A DNA stretch of 64,000 nucleotides from Lama glama (Eukaryota). Position numbers and translations under genes: made by a program. The DNA lies in contig CM052816.1 in the NCBI GenBank assembly GCA_028534125.1, forward strand, positions 40,674,001 to 40,738,000, given 5' to 3'. Position 1 is the stretch's first letter. Each line of letters begins with the position of its first letter. This document shows positions 56,440 to 64,000 of this stretch, piece after piece. The notes under the pieces were generated by a model that saw only the letters and a program-made list of their open reading frames with translations, was not told where the DNA came from and made no database searches.

Positions 56440-56915
56440 TCTGAACACTCATGACCATCAAAATACATGTAATAAGAATATTCATAGCAGCCTTTTTAAA
56501 GCCCCAAAAGCCTTTAATTTTCATCAGCAATACAGTGGATAAATTGTAGTACACTAATACAATGTTCATACACATTAATGAAAAAGAGTGAATTAGTGAT
56601 ACTCAAAAAATAGATAAATATCATTGAGATTTTGATCACAAGAGGCCAGACTATGAACTACATACCATGTGATTCCATTTATATGGAGTTTAAAAATGTA
56701 TTTTTCTAACAGATGATAATTGAAGTCATACTGTTTTCCTATTTGTGTAGGAGGCTTTAACTTGAATGGATCACATGCATACAAAAACAAAATCTGATGC
56801 AATGAGAAGTTCTATGTGTTGATCTAGGTGGTAGCGAACCATTCACCAAAATGCACACTTAAAATGTTTCACTTGATGTGCCTTCCTGTATCTATACAAT
56901 AATTCTATTAAAAAA
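56440..56915 (+). mobile_element. L1ME-like 3' end
   Basis: aagaatattcatagcagc, gtggataaattgtagtac, taccatgtgattccatttatatg, gttgatctaggtggtag. Confidence 0.7.
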
Positions 56916-58380
56916 TAATCAGCCATGTCTTCTAAGTTATCAGCCGAGCAACTCTTCTGTCATCATCTTTACACTGTTTGAGGAATTATTGAAGCATCTC
57001 CTAAAAGTTTAGGGTATATATCTAAATATAGCAACAATTCCCTTATAAAATTACAAGTGCCTTTTCATCTCTTCTGTCATTTTCTCTTTACCTACCAGCC
57101 AGTGCTTGTGTGTTATATGAGCACATAGCTCCTCTCACTGTCTTCTCCAGCTTCTGAGAGAGAAAATTGTTAACATTCAAATAAACAATGCAGTTGCTGT
57201 TCTCTTTGGAGCAGAATGTAAATTAGAATTACTCTGTATTATCGCATTATTGTTTTTTTCCTTCAAAGTACTCATTTACTTTTTCCTCTCTCTTATCAAA
57301 ATTTCATTTTAAAGTGTTTTTTGTTTGCTTTATTACTTAACCATCTGTGTTTGAATGGATTCTTTCCAGTTTTTCCAATACTCAGTTCTCCCTCAAGAAA
57401 ATGTCCTTTTGTTAGAAATTATTGTTGAAAAAATTAATATTTATCATCTCTACAGTCTTCTAATCACTTTCAGTATAATTTTCTCTTCCAATGTCACATT
57501 CTTCCAATGAGGCCAACATTGAAAACATTGCCTATTCGATTCAACATCTTAGTTTGAAATTGTTGGTTTCTTTGATCATATCAATGTCTCATAGCTAAAT
57601 TAGCAGCAGGCAACAGGAGTTGTTAGATTTTTCCCAAAATTTCTAATCAGAACTTACTCAGGGAAAATAGTTCAGTTGACTCTGCCTGAGACTACTTCCA
57701 TAGTATTCTCATCTTAAAGTCAGCAACTCAAATATAGGATTTTTTTCTCTGTTTTGTAGCATGTTTTTTTTCACCATCTAGCACAACTGAACCATTTTTA
57801 TTGGTCCACCACAGAATGCCGCTGCTTTCGCAGGAAACCTAAATGTATCCGCTTACCTGTTAAACAATTATTGCTCATAGTTGAAGCTTTTTTGGTTTTG
57901 TTTTACATTATTTATGGCTTGTAATTCTTGCAAACTTCTCAGAAACATCCCTGCCAGCTCAAATAGCCTTTTGAATTATTTCTTCATCTCTAATAGTTTG
58001 AAATATAAAGCCTTCCTGAAGTTCTTTATCTTTGGACATTGCTGTTTAAAGACCAGTCTGTTGGGAAAATACCTTGGGTTGATACCATGAACATGGAAGG
58101 TCTCCTGGAGCTGGGAAGTTTTCCTTAGTGAGTGTCTATTGTGGATCTCATTAATTAGACTTAGTCTAATTAATGAACCTGTCTTTGCTATACCTGCTAT
58201 CAGATTCTTTGTCCTTAATCAAATTATTTTCTCCCTAGTTCTTAAAGAATTATTTTAGCACAAACATATAACTTGCTGCAAAACCCTAGCCTATTTCAAA
58301 TACTTCTTGATCATACTTTTAGTTAACTTTGATCTTCTGGTAGATTACTTCTGTAGAAACAATAGGTAGTGTAAGTTTAC
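56915..58380 (-). pseudogene. Candidate endogenous bunyavirus-like L (RdRp core) fossil, 3' block
   Basis: Minus-strand translation with stops and frameshifts gives, in order: VNLHYLL (58380), LVFKQQ/SKDKEL (58056-58019, premotif F-like), DQ*KW (57806, motif A-like) in frame with YKTEKKILYLSC, QSQLNYFP*V (57684, motif B-like), *DV (57551, weak motif C), ESD*KT (57471, motif D-like), FNNNF (57429, motif E-like), IFRY (57029). Several spacings are shorter than in LACV. Confidence 0.5.
58148..58176. repeat. Perfect inverted repeat, 14-bp arms with 1-nt spacer
   Basis: tcattaattagact-t-agtctaattaatga. Confidence 0.95.
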
Positions 58381-58684
58381 ACACACACACACAATTGTTA
58401 ATATGCATTTAGACAATCTACAAGTACACAATTACAATTACTTATAAAATAATGTATGTGGGTTTTAAGTCTTTCTGGGATGAACATTATGCTTGTTTAG
58501 AAGAATGACTTGATTAGTGCTTAAGGTAGAAGGTGGGACTCCTAACACCACTGGAGAGAAATTCATCTGCATTACAGAGGTTAAAAAAAAAAAAAACTAG
58601 AGCTCCAGAGAGCAAACCAGGAAGCTGAAGGGAGTAATAGAGATTAAAGAGATAAGGAATAAGAGAACTAATTAAGATCGTTTC

Positions 58685-59000
58685 ATTTCGCAAATATTTA
58701 TTAAGAACCTTCTGTGATTTCAGAATTATTCCAGTTACTGTGAACACAAGATTCAATTAGAACCCCATTTCTAATTCTCAGTGGCCTGACAGTCTAGTAG
58801 GTGACAAAATACAACAAACAAGTCATTGAACAGAGAATATTCAGAAGGTAACAGGTGCAATGAAGAAAACAGGGCAAGGCAGTGGAGAGTGAAAGTAGGC
58901 AAGTCTTCAGAAGAGGGTGGCCTGAGATCTCTCAGGGGAGACACCCTGTGAAGCAGTGGCAGGAGTGTTAAGGGAGAGGAAATTGTATTGTGTGCAAAGC
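58685..59000 (-). mobile_element. L2 3' fragment
   Basis: caaatatttattaagaaccttctgtg...acagtctagtagg...tgcaatgaagaaaacagggcaagg. Confidence 0.7.
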
Positions 59001-59359
59001 TCCAGACCTGGACCCACCAGCCCAGAATTTCAGTGACTCATAAAAGTTCAATGTAAGTATTTTTTAATATAGAGATAAAAACAGATCATCTGGATGTTAT
59101 GATGACATCAAGGCAGAGAGGGAACACACAATATGTGAAATTTGCAGCTTCAGAGGCAGAAAAGCAGGCTACAATCAGCTGACAGGACATTTGGCTCCAG
59201 AGACATGCCAACTTTGTGTAGTACTTCTCTGTCATTTGATTAAATGTCTTTTATCTTCGATTAAGGAAAAGAAAATTGAGGTAGTGGCAGATAGAAAAAT
59301 GAATCACCCCAAACAGAATGGAGTAAAAGTGGGCTGTTGGCCTTGATATCTGACTTTCT

Positions 59360-59710
59360 CCACCTTTGGGTCCCCCTAGAAGAGCTGTGAAATTGTTAAC
59401 CTCCCTCTGAGAGTTTCATCATATCTAAAATGAATCCAAGTCACACAGGGTTTGGGTAAAGAATATATGAAATTGTATAGCAACAATTGTAACAGTGCTA
59501 AAGAGACCCACTGAAATTATGTATTATTATTTAGAGCATACATTCGATCTTCAGCTGTTGGGGTTTAAATTCCAGCTTTGCCACTTAAGAGTTTTATTGC
59601 TTACTAACCTTGAGGAAGCCATGTAACTTCTCCAAAATTCAGAGTTTTCAGAATTAACAAGGGGTGATCATAATAGTTCCTATGCTTATATGTGTAGTAT
59701 ATATTCATCA
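59360..59710 (+). mobile_element. Two MIR fragments
   Basis: gttaacctccctctgagagtttcatc; gggtttaaattccagctttgccactta...taatagttcctat. Confidence 0.6.
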
Positions 59711-60449
59711 GTTCTGTAAAAGCATGAATTGGAGCCTGTCCAGTTTTTTTAGGATTTTAACTTTAAAAAAATCTGCTTCTTGGTATCAAGTAAGCTGGCT
59801 CTATTACACCCTCCTCTGTTCCCATAGTTCTAGGAAATAGTAACATCTCAGAAGCAGCCACAAAAAGTAATGTTTCCATAGTTGAAATGTTGATATTCTC
59901 AGCCTGCCCAAGTCTTTGATCTGGTTTAAATGGAGAGGTTAAATGGTTTATTTTACCAGCTGCAGTTACAGTAGCCATTAGGGAAGCTGTTTATGACCAG
60001 GACCTCTGTTTGGAGGACCACTCACCTCTGTTGAATGCCTCCCTCTTATCTGCTCTTATCAGGGCCTCTTCATTCCCATTCTATTCCAGTGGCTCCGCAA
60101 TCCAAAATTACCGAGAAAAGATCCTTCTTTTGGCGACATCCATTCTCTTGGGAAATCACCTGGTAGCATACCTGGCACTTTAGGATTTGCACAGCGAGGC
60201 TCTCTCGTAGTGCGGGGTTCTGTTCTTACAGCTCTAACGTTGACCCTAGAACTCATCCAAAGGAGGCTTGAATGAAGGATGTCTTGGTGCCCATCACTGT
60301 ACCTTACCAACCTTAATGTTGGTCATATCTTATCACTATATCAAGGAGAGCTTGTATCCCAGTATATGTTCCAGCTCATAGGTTACAGGGTGACTCTTGT
60401 TCACCAGTAGCTTAGTGACTCTCCCAATATATAATTGATAGTATCAAAA

Positions 60450-63420
60450 TGAGCAGGTAATAGTTTTGTCTTTGTTTAGTTTTCTCAGTGGAGCCTCTGA
60501 TAGCATAATGTGACTGCCTTCACAAAGACAGCATAGCTCAAGACATCAGTGAAATCTCTACTTAGAAATATTAAATTTCATACACAGCTCTTAGTGTGGA
60601 ATCCTGATATATATTATACATATAAACACTTCTATCTTAATTGTTGTGATACAAGCAAAATGGTAAGATGGTCCAAATCCATGAAATCATCTGAGTAAAT
60701 TTAATGTTCAGAGTTGAGGCCCTGAATATAAACATGGAAGAGACATGTATTATTTGTTCCCTACATGAAGAGACTACATAATGAGCAGTGTCAGTAGCGA
60801 TGCCATATGAAAAGGTGAGAAGATACTGCTCTCTTACAGATATTGAGAACTGCTAGTTGGTATTCTAGGCAAAAATAGGGTGGATTAAGCTATGAATTTT
60901 GAATTTGAATTAAGATATACTTGAGTATCCTACATAAATAAGGTCAAGCAATAACTATAAAATCCCATTTTGTGACATTAACAAAACCTGTTTAAAGAGC
61001 ATACACAGAAAATACACGGAGTCCACATATCAATGTTTGAGGAAAAACTTTTGAGCTGACAATAATTCTTGGGGAAAAAACCCTTCTGAGCTGATAATAA
61101 TTCTTGAAAAAATGAGCCAGACATTCTATGATATACCAGTTCTCACAATAGAGAGTCAGTCATGAAATAGGAGGATTTAATGCTTTATAGATACTGATAA
61201 TAACAACTATGTCCAAATTTGCAGATAAATTATAAATTAAATGATAATATAAATTAAACAGCAAGGACTCTGTTATTTAATATCACACTTTGAAAAACCT
61301 AGTTAGGGAAGCAAATGCTGTACAGTTTTTAATAAATTGCTCAAATACACTCAAGTTGACCGTTTTATTATGTAATGATGTGGTGTACGAGGAAAAGATT
61401 AGTAGAACCTTGTAACAGAAGTCCAGGAATCAGAAAGAATTTATTTAGTGCTATCAAGTAAAATGGCAGTCAACTTAAAGACTTCTCTATGGAAGAGTAA
61501 GTGGATATTAAAATATCTTTGTTATTTATAATTTTATGAGTATTCTGGAAACTTTAAAATGTCTGTGAAGTCATTCCAAATGAACTACTTTGTTGTTGAT
61601 AAAATTTCAAGTGTCGTTATCTCTGAAACTATTTCAGTACTGGTATTAAAATAGGGGAGATCTTCTATACTCATGCATAGAATAATGGCAGACTAAGCAG
61701 CCAAGAAAGGCAGCCTTCCAGAGAGGAAGAGAATTATATGAAACTATTTCATCCTGTTCATTTTTATCCTAAATCATCATGCTTGAAGCTTATAGCACAC
61801 TTGTGTTCAAAGTGGTCAAAGGTGTTCTCTTAAACAAATGACACAGATGGCTGGATATCTCTGTAAATATTATTTGGTCCATGCATTTAAGAAACAAATT
61901 TTATGATTCCATTTTTATAACAGCTGATGTAAGGTCTTAGTAATTATCTAATCTTAGTATTTATTTTTATAAAACAAAGAAGGAATTAATAATGTCCTCT
62001 GATTATTTTTAGAAAACATAATTTGTACACTTTGTACAAAATGAAACATTGCAGCTGTGTGTTTACCAAACTATTGCTGGGGAAAATGTTATTATTGGCA
62101 TACTAGTATAAAAATTAAATGAACAGGAAATTTTGATGCAAAGGTTAATTTTCAGTAATATACTTTATATAATTTTTAGCAGAACAGAGAGTTGCTTTAA
62201 ATATGTTCTGTTCCACTTGTTTTCAATCTCAGTGGGTAGTAAAACAAAACAGTAATTTTGTTGAGGAAAACAGAAATCAACTGGATGTATTAACTATCCT
62301 GGATGCTGTGAACTGAAAAACTTGCTTAAAATAATGTTTTCCACAATGCTATCTGGTTTGCAGGTTGACTTTTGCAGGTTGACTGTTCCTATACTTGGTC
62401 ATTGAAAAGAAAACTTCAAGCTACATAGATGTACTGGAAGGGTAAATTCTATGTATTTAGGTATCGTATAGAAATCTCAAGATGGATATAAATGCAATTT
62501 AAAGATGATTTGATTTTTTTTATGGACACCTAGGTAAGAGAAACAGATAAATCAATTTGTGTACCAGTTGTCATGGAAATCAGCAGATGAAAATAAACCA
62601 TTTTGCTCATGAACTGATTTTTAGACCTGTTATCAGTTTTGATGATCTACTCTCGGTGTTTACAGGAAATGGGCTTTAAGTAGCACTTTTGTACATTTTT
62701 AAGGTGTGAAGTGGCCATAGCAACAAGTATAATTACTATTCTTACATTCAATCAGAGATTGTCTTCGCATACGGCTATTTTGTGTATTTGATATTATTAA
62801 GTATTTAAAATTGGAGAAAAACAATCTATTCTAAAGAAGTATAGGAAGGCAGACAAGATTGTTTTAGGTTATTAAACATGACATTTTAGTGTTCATACTC
62901 ATTGAAAATTCTATATACGCTCAGAAAAAAAAGGCGAGTAGAGTCAGTGTCCTCCTCCAAAAGCAAATTTGCTTTTTTTCCCCCAGTATATTGAAGAATT
63001 GTATTCTGTTTACCAAGAGCTGATCACTCCCTTTAGTATGTCATTCAAATTTCGGTCCCTAGGTAGATTGAGCAATGAATTTCTTCAGCAATTCCCATGA
63101 CCATAACAGTCAGAAAAAAAATCATATAAAGTATCCAGAAGTTTCTACCAAAATGGTTGGTCTGGTATATCTAAAAAGAAGTATGGGTCTAGTAAGCCAC
63201 AGAATATAAATTTGTTTGAAAGGAAGAGGGCTTGTATCGTTCATACTGCAAATCTGATACAGAAAAACGCTGTCTAAGTAACACCGCATTGCAGGGAGAA
63301 AAGTGAGAAAGAAGCCAAGCACGAAGACATGGAAAATATATTAGAATTGCAGAGAATATCTTTTGATCATGAGGCAGGAGATGGTAGTTATATTTCAGAC
63401 ATAAATGAAATTATTTAAGA
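60450..63420 (+). pseudogene. Candidate endogenous bunyavirus-like L fossil, N-terminal (PA-like) block
   Basis: Repeat-free stretch; 62942-63415 is one frame of 158 codons with only 3 stops. Collinear resemblances to LACV L: SVNIIWSMH (61860), FSTMLSGLQVDFCRLTVPIL (62337), FKLHRC (62415), YQLSWKSADENK (62562), all in one frame, then ILKKYRKADK (62828), YIEELYSVY (62987), DMENILELQ (63326) in a second frame. Left boundary uncertain. Confidence 0.45.
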
Positions 63421-63489
63421 GCATTTGTTTCAAATGAATTAACAAACAGTAATTATATGATAAGAAGAGTAATGTGTCAGATGTAACAA

Positions 63490-63620
63490 ATGGATAGCTG
63501 GCATCTACTGAGCTGTAAGATGTACTGGGTACTAGGTTGAACCTTGCGTTAATTATCTCAGTCCTCACAGTGACTCTGAGTTAGGTGTTTATTCCTATTT
63601 TCCTCATAAGGATATGGAAT
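63490..63620 (-). mobile_element. MIR fragment
   Basis: catctactgagc...gtcctcacagtgactctgagttaggtgtttattcctattttcc. Confidence 0.55.
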
Positions 63621-63679
63621 CTGTACCACATTGTCATTGTGTCATAAATCGTGTGATTGCATGCACATGTGAATCCGTT

Positions 63680-64000
63680 ATTGTACTTCCTATTTTTCTG
63701 TTAATCAATTTGTCTACCTTTATATCAATATTACACTGTCTCAGCTATTCTAGCTTCATCATCAGTCTTATAGTTGATGTGTAAATCTTACAAAGCTGCT
63801 TTCTTCTCCTCCTCCTCCTTCAAGAGTTTTATCTCAGTTTATTCTCAGTCCTTTAGAGTTGCATTCCATACAAATTTAGAACCAGCTTGTCAATTTGAAT
63901 AAAAAATCTTTCTAATGTTTTCATCTATTTTTCCATGAATTTAAAAATTATCATTGAGGAAAATTGATATCTTCATACATTTTCTTGCAATTTGTAAACT
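63680..64000 (-). mobile_element. Old L1 ORF2 fragment
   Basis: tacactgtctc...ttccatacaaatttagaaccagcttgtcaattt...aaattgatatcttc. Confidence 0.65.

Noticed and set aside
57365..57405. FLEGELSIGKT on the minus strand as a Walker A of a NACHT/kinase pseudogene
   Set aside because: Imperfect P-loop and no convincing downstream NACHT motifs; the collinear RdRp-like motifs explain the region better.
58364..58373. ggtagtgta as an orthobunyavirus AGTAGTGT terminus
   Set aside because: Too short, mismatched, and inside the putative coding block.
60059..60310. 83-aa minus-strand ORF in a GC-elevated block
   Set aside because: No recognisable homology or splice context; probably an old LTR-like repeat.
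60740..60780. CIICSLHEETT as a retrotransposon zinc knuckle
   Set aside because: Lacks the following His/Cys, and no RT domain is nearby.

Overview
AT-rich, CpG-poor mammalian intergenic or intronic DNA. No Alu, B1, BovB, CAN or PRE SINEs were seen; the young L1 3' UTR is tentatively camelid-like. I found no convincing host exon, RNA gene or CpG island. Much of the window is interspersed repeat: L1 fragments of several ages, L2, MIR, MaLR/ERV LTRs, a near-full-length Tigger1 and Tigger/hAT MITEs, plus a 500-N gap inside a young L1. The standout is about 4.5 kb of repeat-free, heavily decayed coding-like sequence in two opposed blocks (60450-63420 on +, 58380-56915 on -). Its translation shows a collinear series of motifs resembling a bunyavirus (Peribunyaviridae-like) L polymerase, so it is a candidate ancient endogenous viral element split by an inversion. 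That call rests on by-eye comparison with La Crosse virus (LACV) L as recalled from memory and needs an HMM or tBLASTn test. Repeat subfamily names and most boundaries are approximate.
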